From an uncultured virus (IMG/VR IMGVR_UViG_3300030098_002069) (taxonomy: Duplodnaviria > Heunggongvirae > Uroviricota > Caudoviricetes), in IMG/VR virus record IMGVR_UViG_3300030098_002069, positions 1 through 64,000 of that record: 64,000 bases of DNA. One strand, written 5' to 3'. Shown piece by piece: positions 11,380-21,129 of the stretch (the stretch's first letter is position 1; each line of letters opens with the position of its first letter). Below the pieces are notes generated by a model, which saw only the letters and a program-made list of their open reading frames with translations, was not told the origin of the DNA and did not search any database. The translations under genes were made by a program, and so were the position numbers.

Positions 11380-11829
11380 TTAGGCAGCTTGTTTTTCTGC
11401 TACCACTCGAAGTAAGTCATCAGCGTCCTCATCCATCCCTATTTCCTTAAAGAACTTAGCGTGTAGTTTCAAGGATTCGATCTCGGTCATCCTTTTGGCC
11501 TTGATCTCTCGCATTGAGTATTGCAGTAGTTTGATAAAGCGTGATTGATCCTTTCGGTCCTGAGGGGTTAGTGTCTCCACAAATTCATCCAAAGCAACCT
11601 CGTTCTTTTGTTCATTTCTAATGTTGTTCAAGATCGAGTACACAACCTTGAGGGGTGGTAGGTAGCGAGTACGACATTCGGCAACCACTTGGCTCCATCC
11701 CTTCTTCACTACCTCTTCATCGTAGTTAGCAAGTGCATCTCTCCATTCCTTTCCGAGCAGTTTGTTTTTCTCAATACTGAACGTCTCAAACAAGTCTATA
11801 ACATAGTGATTCGCCTTTTCATTATTCAT
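11380..11829 (-). CDS. helicase loader/inhibitor-like protein (SPP1 G39P-like N-terminus)
   Basis: W..AL..YD.EVV......V.....YLPPL pattern; immediately downstream of initiator-like gene. Confidence 0.55.
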   Translation of the reverse strand: MNNEKANHYVIDLFETFSIEKNKLLGKEWRDALANYDEEVVKKGWSQVVAECRTRYLPPLKVVYSILNNIRNEQKNEVALDEFVETLTPQDRKDQSRFIKLLQYSMREIKAKRMTEIESLKLHAKFFKEIGMDEDADDLLRVVAEKQAA

Positions 11830-12397
11830 CGAACATCTCCTTATATGTATTTACTTTGTTGGGGGTTATGGTCCCATTCTTCGCTTGGAACTCGACTGCA
11901 TTTCGACACCAATTTCGGAAAGCTGCCTTTTTATTCTTATAACGCTTTCCGTGAGCAAGTTGATAATCTTCCCATTTCTCAAACTCAGTCTCTAAGTCTA
12001 AAGTAGGATACTTCTCACTTAGACCTTCAAGTATTACTTTAGGTTCAAGTGATACTTTAAGTGTATCCTTAACTAAAGGTTTTCCTTCTCTTACAATCTC
12101 ATCCTTTCTAAATACTAACAAATTATTTTTATTATCTAAGAGTAAATGATTATCTAAGTATGATACTATATGATCTCTTATAGTATCTTTATATATATTA
12201 TCTAAGTAATTAGATATATATTTAATTATATATTTATTATATATAGATAATATATTATAAAAAAACACACTCTTATACTTTAAGTCAAGCATTATTTCAT
12301 CAATATCCGATAATTCCTGGTATTCTAGCGTTTTACTAACCTTTTCTTCAACCATGCTTATTAATGGCTTTAATTCCTTCTTTTCTTTGTTACTCAT
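11822..12397 (-). CDS. phage replication initiator-like protein
   Basis: C-terminal EFEKWEDYQLAHGKRYKNKKAAFRNWCRN typical of phage initiator C-termini; AT-rich repeats within the gene. Confidence 0.6.
   Translation of the reverse strand: MSNKEKKELKPLISMVEEKVSKTLEYQELSDIDEIMLDLKYKSVFFYNILSIYNKYIIKYISNYLDNIYKDTIRDHIVSYLDNHLLLDNKNNLLVFRKDEIVREGKPLVKDTLKVSLEPKVILEGLSEKYPTLDLETEFEKWEDYQLAHGKRYKNKKAAFRNWCRNAVEFQAKNGTITPNKVNTYKEMFDE
12131..12265. repeat. putative replication origin of element A (iterons plus AT-rich tract)
   Basis: Three exact ATTATCTAAG copies at 12131, 12149 and 12197, then an almost purely A/T tract. Confidence 0.55.
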
Positions 12398-12448
12398 ACC
12401 TACACCTCACTTTCTTTTTTTTTAACGATTAAGACTATCTTACAAGCC

Positions 12449-12706
12449 TTATTTAACTATTCTAGGTTTGCATTTCATACATACTTTACGCTCTAAGCCT
12501 AATTTTGGGAAATCATCATAACTTAAAACCTTTCTATTGTTATGCTTTGCACTTGTACGAATTATCTCATAGGATTTCTTACATTTGTTACAATAGAATA
12601 GATTAAATTCCTTTTTCCAATTCTTTTTTTGTCCGTGTTTGATTTGATGGTTTCTTGTTTGACTGGTGGAATCCAGTATCCAATCAATGATATGTGGTTC
12701 TTTCAT
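12449..12706 (-). CDS. small zinc-ribbon protein
   Basis: YCNKC...YDDFPK...CMKC; resembles 48675-48950. Confidence 0.6.
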   Translation of the reverse strand: MKEPHIIDWILDSTSQTRNHQIKHGQKKNWKKEFNLFYCNKCKKSYEIIRTSAKHNNRKVLSYDDFPKLGLERKVCMKCKPRIVK

Positions 12707-12708
12707 CG

Positions 12709-12945
12709 TTACTTTCCTTTATTCTCAATCAATAGAGAGGTCTTATTATTCTCATCTTCAATGACACTAAGTTGTAACCGATCATTGATATTCCACTCTA
12801 AATGTTTGAAAAAGAAATGCGGTAAATTGACCATATCATTTCCTGTACCTCTTAGAATTAACTCTTTATATGCCTCAGTTGAAGTGATGGCTACTCCACC
12901 TAATGAACCTTCTTTATTTATCTTATATTCTTTTGTTAATTTCAT
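12709..12945 (-). CDS. AbrB/MazE-like DNA-binding protein
   Basis: MVNLP...KHLEWNINDRLQLSV pattern of swapped-hairpin domains. Confidence 0.45.
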   Translation of the reverse strand: MKLTKEYKINKEGSLGGVAITSTEAYKELILRGTGNDMVNLPHFFFKHLEWNINDRLQLSVIEDENNKTSLLIENKGK

Positions 12946-13283
12946 TCCTCTAACTCCTTATCTAGTTTGGTTAATTGTTCTTTTTCATAGATCATCCCAT
13001 ATAGCAGCACCAAGTAATTGACTGCATCTAAGATGCGACCATCTATCTTTTCATCAGAGGCCTCTGTTCCGTGTAAGATATAGTAGCGAATTGAATCAAT
13101 GTGTTTGAGTAAATACACCATTAGGACCTCTTCTCTACTGAGATTCAAGCGGTCACCTACTGACTCGAAATTGGTAAACTTTTCACCACTACCAACGGTG
13201 TACTCCTCACCTTTCGCCTTACTGACCTCCAGGCAGTTCTTAAAGAACTTCTCTGCGATTAAAAAAAATGTATCATTTTGCAT
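12942..13283 (-). CDS. nucleotide-modification-associated / MazG-like all-alpha protein (DUF1599-like)
   Basis: KGEEY..NF..LKHIDSI..E.IDGRILDAVNYLVLL. Confidence 0.55.
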   Translation of the reverse strand: MQNDTFFLIAEKFFKNCLEVSKAKGEEYTVGSGEKFTNFESVGDRLNLSREEVLMVYLLKHIDSIRYYILHGTEASDEKIDGRILDAVNYLVLLYGMIYEKEQLTKLDKELEE

Positions 13284-13285
13284 TA

Positions 13286-13522
13286 TTAATACCCCATTTG
13301 TTTTATATTAAGTGTTTCAACGGATAGACCTTTTTCTCTTTCCTTGTGTTCGATATAGTTCTTACCAACCTCTGCATCTTCTATATCGACATAAGTCTTT
13401 AATGGATAATTGGTTTTAGCATCCTTGATCTCGATCCAAGCACCATCATAGGTTCTGTATTTCTTCTGCCCTTGTGTGTTTTTTACGATTACATACTTAG
13501 CCATTCTTGATATACTCCACAT
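13286..13522 (-). CDS. hypothetical protein
   Basis: ORF in packed - strand operon. Confidence 0.55.
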   Translation of the reverse strand: MWSISRMAKYVIVKNTQGQKKYRTYDGAWIEIKDAKTNYPLKTYVDIEDAEVGKNYIEHKEREKGLSVETLNIKQMGY

Positions 13523-13858
13523 TTACTGCGTAGACCATTCCTCCTTTGGTCCACTTGGTCCTAAAATTGTGCCAATTCTCTGCACGATGATTGATTGCAG
13601 TTGTAAATTCATTACTTCTTCTGAATATCTCATGCTTTGCAATACGATCAGGAGGAACTTCATGGTGTGGATAGCGAATGGCTATCGTACAGATCATCCT
13701 ATCTAGCTTGACTTCTTCCACCACGACCATATATCTTTAAATGTCTCTCTAATTGTAGTAACCTCTTAAATCCAGAGCTGCCTTCTTCAATGACTCCATT
13801 TTTATACAACTCCTGATAGAACTCTACAATACTTTGTAAACTCCCTAACGCTTTCTCT

Positions 13859-14302
13859 TTACTCTTTTCCATTTTTTACCTCATTTTTATGTTGTTTATA
13901 ACATCTTACACACATCTTGTATTTTTTATATTCTTCTTTAGTTTGATAGCAATCACAAAAATCACAATACAATATCTTGTCAAACCCATACATGTATGGA
14001 AATCGTTTTTTTGACCATTGTTGCATCTTTATACCAAGATATTGATATTCATTCCTCTTTAGATCTGTTACTCCATCATGCGTTGGAATATTTTCTTCTA
14101 ATTCATTAAATATATACTTCTTAATCATCTCTGGTTTTATTTCTTTTATTAAGATATACCAACCAGGGTATGGCTCTATATCTGTGTATCCTGTTTGTAG
14201 ATAGTATTTACCTTGCTTGAATAATTTATTATACTTTCTCTGCATCTGTCTTTTTTTGCGAAATTTGATAGCTCCATCAAATCTATAAAGATCTTTATTC
14301 AT
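13859..14302 (-). CDS. hypothetical protein with C-terminal CxxC pairs
   Basis: 147-aa ORF in operon. Confidence 0.6.
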   Translation of the reverse strand: MNKDLYRFDGAIKFRKKRQMQRKYNKLFKQGKYYLQTGYTDIEPYPGWYILIKEIKPEMIKKYIFNELEENIPTHDGVTDLKRNEYQYLGIKMQQWSKKRFPYMYGFDKILYCDFCDCYQTKEEYKKYKMCVRCYKQHKNEVKNGKE

Positions 14303-14516
14303 CCTTGAGTCTCGTTATTTTATAGATTTCACCTCTATCTTCTTTAAATAGTACCCAGTCGCAAGTGCCTAAACTAAGCCACTTAGGGACACTACTTCTT
14401 ACTTTNNNNNNNNNNCTTCCATAGGCTCTTTCCACATCTTCATAGCCTAATTCTTTTAACTCTTTTACACACTCGTATTCAAAACGATTGCCCTTTTGTT
14501 TGCTTTTATTTGCCAT
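14295..14516 (-). CDS. Holliday junction resolvase (Hjc-like), interrupted by assembly gap
   Basis: SKQKGNRFEYECV..L...GY..VERA; N gap at 14406-14415. Confidence 0.75.
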   Translation of the reverse strand: MANKSKQKGNRFEYECVKELKELGYEDVERAYGXXXXKVRSSVPKWLSLGTCDWVLFKEDRGEIYKITRLKDE

Positions 14517-14712
14517 CTTTGATCCTTTCTCGGTTCAAATAAGGGTTTTTCATTAGTCTACCCTTTGTAATCCCTTTTTTATATTCTTTTCTTAAATCTC
14601 TGTATCTCTTTAATAGCTTTCCTTCTTCATCTCTGTATTCTAAATGAGAATACATATCTTCCTCTGGTAAGTGCTTTCTAGTGATAAGGTCAATGAACTC
14701 AGTTATTCGCAT
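14506..14712 (-). CDS. hypothetical protein
   Basis: Coupled ORF in operon. Confidence 0.55.
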   Translation of the reverse strand: MRITEFIDLITRKHLPEEDMYSHLEYRDEEGKLLKRYRDLRKEYKKGITKGRLMKNPYLNRERIKDGK

Positions 14713-15347
14713 TATTTATCCTTTAGTATTTCATAAAATAATTGTGGTGGTATTGTGCTTCTTTCGTAAGCATTTTTCATTCCTTGTGTTCCACTTTTAG
14801 AACCTCTTGGAGCAGGTTGATGATGGCAATCCCTATTACCATTCTTACATACAGGTCTAGGTGTCCACAACTCATCATTTGTCCATATATCAGTAGGTTT
14901 TGCCCGATGGTCATCACCACTTGGATCACTATATTGACAATACCAAATAGTATGTCTTGGTAAACCTTCCATTATTCCTAATTTTCTTAGAACACCTCTT
15001 GGATTTTCGATATACCAATACTTTGGTTTGAAATACTTAATAATATCTATACCTTTTTGTACTAAAGCCATACCAAGAAATGTTTCAGCTTTTTTTGGAG
15101 TATATTTACCTCTATCAGTGCAATAATAAGAGCCGATTGAACTAACACTAAATGATGTGCAAGGTGGTGAGATCCAAATAAGATCTGGATTATATGGTAT
15201 CTTTTTTAAATTGATATTCATTATGTCACATACCATATCAATACCTTCAAAATCACTTACATCTGTAGTAAATGTATTGTGTCCTAAGTCTTTAGCTACT
15301 TTACTAAATGACCTAGAACCTGCAAATAATTCAAGAGTATTCATCAA
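14712..15347 (-). CDS. short C5-cytosine DNA methyltransferase-like protein
   Basis: Motif I LELFAGS, catalytic SPPC, motif VI IENP. Confidence 0.8.
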   Translation of the reverse strand: MMNTLELFAGSRSFSKVAKDLGHNTFTTDVSDFEGIDMVCDIMNINLKKIPYNPDLIWISPPCTSFSVSSIGSYYCTDRGKYTPKKAETFLGMALVQKGIDIIKYFKPKYWYIENPRGVLRKLGIMEGLPRHTIWYCQYSDPSGDDHRAKPTDIWTNDELWTPRPVCKNGNRDCHHQPAPRGSKSGTQGMKNAYERSTIPPQLFYEILKDK

Positions 15348-15730
15348 ATGGGAAACTCCATGTATTGATAAAAATATCTTCGGTTCTTCATTTGCTGATT
15401 CTTACTTGGTTTTAAGGCCAGATTAATACTTGCCTCATTGTTATATGGCACATAACACACCATATCTTTTGCTACATAATAAACTGCTACTATATCAATA
15501 AGGTCCTTATGTCTATATTTATGTAGTCTGACCTCAATAGCGGTTTCAGTTTTCATATCACTAATGGTCTTTACTTGTACCCTTAAAAACTCTTTCTTTC
15601 TTCTTTCAACAATAAGGTCGCAGCCATTTTCGTCAATAATAGGTTTGAATACAGGGTAGGTATAATTAGCGGTTAAGTCTTTGATCACTGCGATTTCTCC
15701 GACAAACCCCTTGTGTATGGTGTGTGTCAT
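15344..15730 (-). CDS. PD-(D/E)XK endonuclease (homing-endonuclease-like)
   Basis: KGFVGE...DLIV...RVQVKT. Confidence 0.7.
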   Translation of the reverse strand: MTHTIHKGFVGEIAVIKDLTANYTYPVFKPIIDENGCDLIVERRKKEFLRVQVKTISDMKTETAIEVRLHKYRHKDLIDIVAVYYVAKDMVCYVPYNNEASINLALKPSKNQQMKNRRYFYQYMEFPI

Positions 15731-16689
15731 ACAAATAACTCCTGTTGTACAAATCGTTTATTTGCTATTTTGATGTATTCTGGATTGAGTTCTATCCCTA
15801 ACCATTTACGATATAATCTCTGTGCTACATACCCTGTAGTGCCACTACCAAAAAAAGGATCAAGAACTATATCGCCTTTTTTACTACCTGCTTTAATACA
15901 CAATTCAGGAAGTTTTTCAGGGAATACTGCGAAATGAGCTTCTTTATATGGTTGAGTATTTATCTTCCACACTGAGCGTTTATTTCTGCCTAGTGGATGA
16001 TTCAGTGGACTTCCATCAGCTTTATAGCTACCACTATGACCACTAAAACCTGTTCCACCACCACCATATTTAACCTTCTCTCTATACTTTTTCCCATTCC
16101 TAGACATACCTGATGGTCTTGGTTTATTTTCAACCCAAGTATGTGGTTCTCTAATAGCATCAGCATCGTAGTAGTAATTAGCTGACTTAGTTAATAAAAA
16201 GATATATTCATGGGATTTAGTACATCTATCTGTTACTGACTCAGGCATTGGATTCGGTTTATGCCAGATTATATCTTGCCTTAAGTACCAACCATCTTGC
16301 TGAAGTGCAAATGCAACTCTCCAGGGAATACCAATTAAATCTTTTGGCTTAATATTTTCACTTGGCTTTGGTCTAGTAACACCATAATCATTATTACCAC
16401 GAAGAGTTTGATTTGTTGTTGTAGACATTCCTCCACTTGAATAACTATCTCCAAGATTTAACCATAAAGTACCATCATCTTTTAAGGCTCTTCTTACTTC
16501 ACGAAATACCTTTACCATATTCTCTACATATTCTTCTGGAGTTTCTTCAAGTCCGAGCTGCTCATCTTCACCATAATCTCTAAGTCCCCAATAAGGAGGA
16601 GAGGTAACAACACATTGTATTGTATTGTCTTCTATATCTTGAAGGCGTTCAATTACATCGCCTTGTAGTATTGTATTTACTTTAGCCAT
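15727..16689 (-). CDS. N4-cytosine/N6-adenine DNA methyltransferase (beta class)
   Basis: VTSPPYW, HFAVFP, VLDPFFGSGTT, GIELN. Confidence 0.93.
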   Translation of the reverse strand: MAKVNTILQGDVIERLQDIEDNTIQCVVTSPPYWGLRDYGEDEQLGLEETPEEYVENMVKVFREVRRALKDDGTLWLNLGDSYSSGGMSTTTNQTLRGNNDYGVTRPKPSENIKPKDLIGIPWRVAFALQQDGWYLRQDIIWHKPNPMPESVTDRCTKSHEYIFLLTKSANYYYDADAIREPHTWVENKPRPSGMSRNGKKYREKVKYGGGGTGFSGHSGSYKADGSPLNHPLGRNKRSVWKINTQPYKEAHFAVFPEKLPELCIKAGSKKGDIVLDPFFGSGTTGYVAQRLYRKWLGIELNPEYIKIANKRFVQQELFV

Positions 16690-17144
16690 TCAACACCAAT
16701 ATGTCTTAGGTCATCACTCTTAATTAATGTAATAGCATCATTTCTATCTTTTCTTCGGTATAGTTTATATTGGGCAAGTAAAGGTTTATCGACAAACTCG
16801 TGTGCCACAAACCTCTGTACATAATCAATTAAATTACTTGGTCTTACTAATATCCAACTCTTGTTGGTCTCAAAGGCAATCATATCAGCGTGAGAATTAT
16901 AAAGCCAACCATCATCTGCTACACCTTTAACCTCTATCCAATGCCATTCATCTTGTAATTCTTCTCCTCTGCGAAGTCTTTTCATTCCTTTGATTTCTAT
17001 ATTTGCAGAGATGTTGATGTCATAATGATGGTTCATATCATAAGCTGCACCAACTTTGATTCCTTTAAAGCCTTGATTTTCGATGAATGATTTAAAGCGT
17101 ATTTCTGTTTCTAAACCATCTAATACTTGTTTTTTATTTAACAT
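16677..17144 (-). CDS. PD-(D/E)XK-fold nuclease-like protein
   Basis: G..E..F, HYD, EIKG, WIEVK, GWLY..AD.IAFE. Confidence 0.55.
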   Translation of the reverse strand: MLNKKQVLDGLETEIRFKSFIENQGFKGIKVGAAYDMNHHYDINISANIEIKGMKRLRRGEELQDEWHWIEVKGVADDGWLYNSHADMIAFETNKSWILVRPSNLIDYVQRFVAHEFVDKPLLAQYKLYRRKDRNDAITLIKSDDLRHIGVEWLK

Positions 17145-17215
17145 ATTACCCTCGGTATGTGATTACAAAGAGAGGGGGCAGACACCATATCTACCCCCTG
17201 AGAGATACTAACTAA

Positions 17216-17470
17216 TTAGAATGGGAGATCATCATCCTGCTTATTTGCTGCAACTCCACCCTTATCAAAGGGTTCATTAATGTTGCAACTAAGATAAGTT
17301 TCACCTGCTTTGGTTTGACTTACCCAACCTGCGCCCTCAACTTTACCTATACCATCCATATCGCCAGAGATGTTGTATGTAGGTGAGTTTTCGCCTTTTT
17401 CCTTGCCTAACTTTGCATAGTCGATCTTAAATAGATTGACTTTGCCTATCTTTTTTGGTCTTGTAGCCAT
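17216..17470 (-). CDS. small ssDNA-binding-like protein (DUF736-like)
   Basis: GAGW...KAGETYLS and acidic DDDLPF tail; next to exonuclease. Confidence 0.6.
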   Translation of the reverse strand: MATRPKKIGKVNLFKIDYAKLGKEKGENSPTYNISGDMDGIGKVEGAGWVSQTKAGETYLSCNINEPFDKGGVAANKQDDDLPF

Positions 17471-18492
17471 TATGCTACCTCCTTTTGTTTTTTGTTTTCT
17501 TGATATTCCATAATGGTGTTCTCCTTCATTCTGGAGTCTGTCACCATCAGGTTCTTTGTTGGTTTAAAACAGGATCTTATGCCTCTTGGTCTAGGTTTTG
17601 CATAGATAGGTTTAATAGGACCATTCTGTGCATACCATAATTTGACCATAGCATCCCATTCCTGAGTTAAATCTTCTTCTACTAGCTTGAGTTTGTACTT
17701 AGGCGCACTTCTCCAACTATTCATAATGTATAAAACACCCATATAATCAATAGGGTGGTCTGGATATAAACCTTCCCAAAGATTCTTATAAGCAGTTACC
17801 TGATACTTATGATTGGCAAACTTATTAGACAATGTAGAGGAGTTTCTAAGTGTCTTAATATCAAGTAGTATTCTACCTGACATCCCTTCTTTTAAATCAG
17901 TACACTTAGCCTCAGATGGAGATAAACCTTCTTCTACCTTTATCCTTGCTACCATATCTAAGGTCCCCGTGTAATCCTTCCTACTATCAAATAAAGGTAC
18001 TTCATTACCCTCTATTTGTATGGTGTGGTCTAAGAAAAACTTGTTACCACTTTCCATAAACTTTATCATAGGATCAGTCCACTCTCTTGCTTCTTGGGTA
18101 TCAGGATCGAAGTATTTACTATCAAAGTCAATATCAACACCCATTGATAACTGCTCTAAACAAAGGTGTATTTGTGTACCTTCTCTAGCAGCTTTATTGG
18201 CATACTGCATCGCATCTTCATAACTATTGGCATCACCCAACCACTTATCAAAACCAATGCCTTTAGACATAATATTCTGTATGGTAGTAACACTAGGTAA
18301 GTGCTGACGATTTTCTTTGGTCCACTCTTGAGTCTTAAATGACTCTTCTAAGTAACTAAGTAATGGTGTGTAAGCTCTTCCGAATGGAAAATCAACTCTC
18401 TCGATAGGAGTAAGTAACTCCAGATTCGGGGGTTGATATGCTTGTTTTTTCTTGGTTGAACTTGCTCTCTTTGCCATGAGTGTCCTCCTCAT
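17470..18492 (-). CDS. Cas4-like PD-(D/E)XK exonuclease
   Basis: LPSVTTI, GTQIH, YTGTLD, LDIKT, QVTAY. Confidence 0.8.
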   Translation of the reverse strand: MRRTLMAKRASSTKKKQAYQPPNLELLTPIERVDFPFGRAYTPLLSYLEESFKTQEWTKENRQHLPSVTTIQNIMSKGIGFDKWLGDANSYEDAMQYANKAAREGTQIHLCLEQLSMGVDIDFDSKYFDPDTQEAREWTDPMIKFMESGNKFFLDHTIQIEGNEVPLFDSRKDYTGTLDMVARIKVEEGLSPSEAKCTDLKEGMSGRILLDIKTLRNSSTLSNKFANHKYQVTAYKNLWEGLYPDHPIDYMGVLYIMNSWRSAPKYKLKLVEEDLTQEWDAMVKLWYAQNGPIKPIYAKPRPRGIRSCFKPTKNLMVTDSRMKENTIMEYQENKKQKEVA

Positions 18493-18881
18493 TTTTGTTT
18501 ATTGTTCTATAATGGGTTACGATTCCATTGTGTTTTTTTATTAAATCTTGTAATTCTTCTTGAAATGCTTTTCTGTTGTTATCTTCAAAGACGATTGTAA
18601 AACTTGGTTTACTCATTCTCTAATAACCTTACTTGTGTATCAGGTGCGATTCGTTGATTAAACGCTCTTCTGNNNNNNNNNNTCTTTATTACCTTCCCAA
18701 TCCACATCCTCATAAGAATCCCATCTTACAAGCACACTACCACTACCTATATCAAGTATCCTCCCCGTTCTCTTACCACACTTAAAATGATGCTCTTCAT
18801 TCAACTGACTAATGAAATAGGTACTGCCCACTTGAGGTTTTATATGCGAGGAGGCACTATTATTCATAGGGTAAGGCATAA

Positions 18882-19061
18882 TCACGGAGTCCCTACTCTA
18901 TTGTGGGCAGTAGTTCTTTCGTTCACAAATCGTTGTACTTCTGACTTACTGATCAGTTTCTTTTTGTGAGATAAATTTAATACACTAATATCACCAGACT
19001 TAATCCAATTTGTGATAGTTCTATTAGAACTTCTTAGCATATCTGCTACTTCATTGATCGT
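18882..19061 (-). CDS. excisionase/MerR-like HTH protein, 5' end lost in gap
   Basis: Manual translation TINEVADMLRSSNRTITNWIKSGDI...ISKSEVQRFV; gap at 19062-19071. Confidence 0.7.
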   Translation of the reverse strand, partial: TINEVADMLRSSNRTITNWIKSGDISVLNLSHKKKLISKSEVQRFVNERTTAHNRVGTP

Positions 19062-19115
19062 NNNNNNNNNNACTAATAGTATAAAATGGTAAAAACAAGT
19101 AAATAATGTAAAATA

Positions 19116-19607
19116 CTATAAAATAGCTTCTTTATACTGCTCTATATACTCTTCTTCTTTTGCTTTACCGTGTGCAGAGTTGTAATACTTTTTGTAGTAC
19201 GCTGCTTGACCTTCCAGATCAGAAGGTAATTTTTTAGGGACCCGATAATACTTGAGTCTGCAGTGCATGATTCCATAAGCAATATTGGCCTCTAACATAT
19301 CACCCACTTCTTCATCTCGAATACCCTTGCTAACATATTGTACTGGGACTAAGGCAGCCGAAGCACATAGTCTTGCCCTTGACTGCCTATACTTGAGATA
19401 CGAATTAATATTGTCCTGAGCAGTCGCCACTTCAACCTGCCAGAAAGATTTGGCTATACCACTTCCAATCTGTCTGATATAGCGATACCTGGATTCATAT
19501 AACCCAGTACCGAGTATAAGATCTTCAGCCTCTTTAGAGTACATTCCCATTTTAGTAATGACTCTCTTTATTAACGATCTATACTGTTGAGTCTGCTCAG
19601 GAGTCAT
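19116..19607 (-). CDS. endolysin, lysozyme-like fold
   Basis: LILGTGLYES..YIRQ.G.G.A..FWQVE, AAYYKKYYNS; downstream of holin-like genes. Confidence 0.7.
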   Translation of the reverse strand: MTPEQTQQYRSLIKRVITKMGMYSKEAEDLILGTGLYESRYRYIRQIGSGIAKSFWQVEVATAQDNINSYLKYRQSRARLCASAALVPVQYVSKGIRDEEVGDMLEANIAYGIMHCRLKYYRVPKKLPSDLEGQAAYYKKYYNSAHGKAKEEEYIEQYKEAIL

Positions 19608-19726
19608 TACATAACCTTTTCGGTTGGTTCTTTTTTGACTTTAGGAGCCTTCTTGACATCCATTCCGTCACATACATAGTTTTTCTTCTTCTTAGAAGAT
19701 TTCTTCATTGGTTTTCCATAGTGCAT
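19607..19726 (-). CDS. tiny Lys-rich protein
   Basis: MHYGKPMKKSSKKKKNYVCDG...; coupled to endolysin start. Confidence 0.55.
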   Translation of the reverse strand: MHYGKPMKKSSKKKKNYVCDGMDVKKAPKVKKEPTEKVM

Positions 19727-19727
19727 A

Positions 19728-19838
19728 CTAATATCCCTTCTTTTTCTTCTTTCTATTTCTTTCTAAAGCATAGTAAAGGCCTTTACCCTTCTTCTTACCA
19801 TACTTCTTTAAGATGGATTTAAACATCTTCTTTTTCAT
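19728..19838 (-). CDS. tiny Lys-rich protein
   Basis: MKKKMFKSILKKYGKKKGKGLYYALERNRKKKKGY. Confidence 0.55.
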   Translation of the reverse strand: MKKKMFKSILKKYGKKKGKGLYYALERNRKKKKKGY

Positions 19839-20167
19839 TACTTATGTTTCTTACTATGCTTTTTTAAATTATCCATAAACTCTTTTTCGTCTTTAAAGTA
19901 TTTACTTTTACCACCCATTCGTTTTAAATGTTTTTCCCATAGACTTAATTTCTTAGGTAGTTTTGCGATAGCTCCCACTGGTTCACCAGTTTTTGGATCA
20001 TAAAAGTGCATAATTCCTTTATCGCTTTTTTTACCTTCGGGAGTAAACTTTGCCTGTGGGTAAGTACGGTAATCACCTTTCTTATAATTCTTTGGCAAAG
20101 GCTTACCAAAAATATCATAAGAACCGCCAGACCTGTCTAATGCCTTTGTTAAATTTCCTTTTGGCAT
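19838..20167 (-). CDS. basic hypothetical protein
   Basis: 109-aa coupled ORF. Confidence 0.6.
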   Translation of the reverse strand: MPKGNLTKALDRSGGSYDIFGKPLPKNYKKGDYRTYPQAKFTPEGKKSDKGIMHFYDPKTGEPVGAIAKLPKKLSLWEKHLKRMGGKSKYFKDEKEFMDNLKKHSKKHK

Positions 20168-20400
20168 TAGAATTTCCAGACCATCTTAACAACTGCCATC
20201 ATTACATCCATACACTCTTTGGCAATAGCTTGTTGTTCTTCTTTGGTTATCTTCCCATCCTTAGAGGCTTCGTGATACTTCGCTGCCACTTCCTTGAGTT
20301 CTTTTACCACAATGCGATATTTAGTAGCAACCATCGTGCCTACTGCACCTAAGATAATTACCATTAAATATGCAAAGTTTTCCCAGTTCATCCATTCCAT
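20167..20400 (-). CDS. small membrane protein (holin-like)
   Basis: N-terminal TM helix, DGKIT.EE motif. Confidence 0.5.
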   Translation of the reverse strand: MEWMNWENFAYLMVIILGAVGTMVATKYRIVVKELKEVAAKYHEASKDGKITKEEQQAIAKECMDVMMAVVKMVWKF

Positions 20401-20621
20401 TATTGATTCTCCTTTTCTATTATCATTTCTTTTAAGTCAATTAATTCTGCGTGGATTATATCTAACTTTAATTCTATTACTTCTTTGTCCACTTTTAATT
20501 CTAGTATGTCTTGTATATAATTAATCTCTGCCTTCATAAATCCAAAAGCAAGAGTCATGGAACCAATTAATACAATAATTGTCATTACATTCTCTAAAGA
20601 TATGTTGGTATTAAGTTTCAT
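20400..20621 (-). CDS. TM plus coiled-coil protein
   Basis: Hydrophobic N-terminal helix then heptads. Confidence 0.5.
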   Translation of the reverse strand: MKLNTNISLENVMTIIVLIGSMTLAFGFMKAEINYIQDILELKVDKEVIELKLDIIHAELIDLKEMIIEKENQ

Positions 20622-20941
20622 TAGTGTTTTCCATTTAATCTGCTTATAACACCTTTGATCTCTGATACTTGATTATCAAGGTCATTAATTTCTTTGGTAA
20701 TACTATCGAACTTTCTATCTAGCTTATCATCTGATTGATTCCATCTTCCTATTAGCTTAATGATCATTCCTTCCATATTCTCTAAGGTCTCTGACTGACC
20801 TCTGTTCTCAGTCTTTAATCCTTGTAATGACTGAGCTTGTTCATCGGCTCTTTGAGATTGTTTAAAATACCCGTAAAAGAAAGCAGCACATACCAGTCCC
20901 ATAGCTCCATATTCAGCATATAATCCTATAAATTCTTCCAT
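20621..20941 (-). CDS. holin-like TM plus coiled-coil protein
   Basis: EYGAMGLVCAAFFYGYF TM followed by coiled coil. Confidence 0.5.
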   Translation of the reverse strand: MEEFIGLYAEYGAMGLVCAAFFYGYFKQSQRADEQAQSLQGLKTENRGQSETLENMEGMIIKLIGRWNQSDDKLDRKFDSITKEINDLDNQVSEIKGVISRLNGKH

Positions 20942-21129
20942 ATTAACTCGCTATTACTATTATCCACATTATTAATAAAATAATATCTATGCAAAAAAGG
21001 TCCATTATTCAGTATGCTCATCACCTGGATCATGGTACTCTATAAAATCCTTTTCTTTTTTTTTACAATCATCACATAATCCACTTATTTGCCTGATTGT
21101 TTTACCACACTCATAACATTTAAATGGCA

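Noticed and set aside
12714..12726. TTCCTTTATTCTC as another copy of the promoter motif
   Set aside because: It is the complement of a coding end and RBS (ATAAAGGAA) in a - strand operon, with no hairpin or downstream + strand gene
14406..19071. Apparent truncation or pseudogenisation of resolvase, 18658-18885 and HTH genes
   Set aside because: Each coincides with a 10-N scaffold gap (14406-14415, 18673-18682, 19062-19071), so it is an assembly artefact
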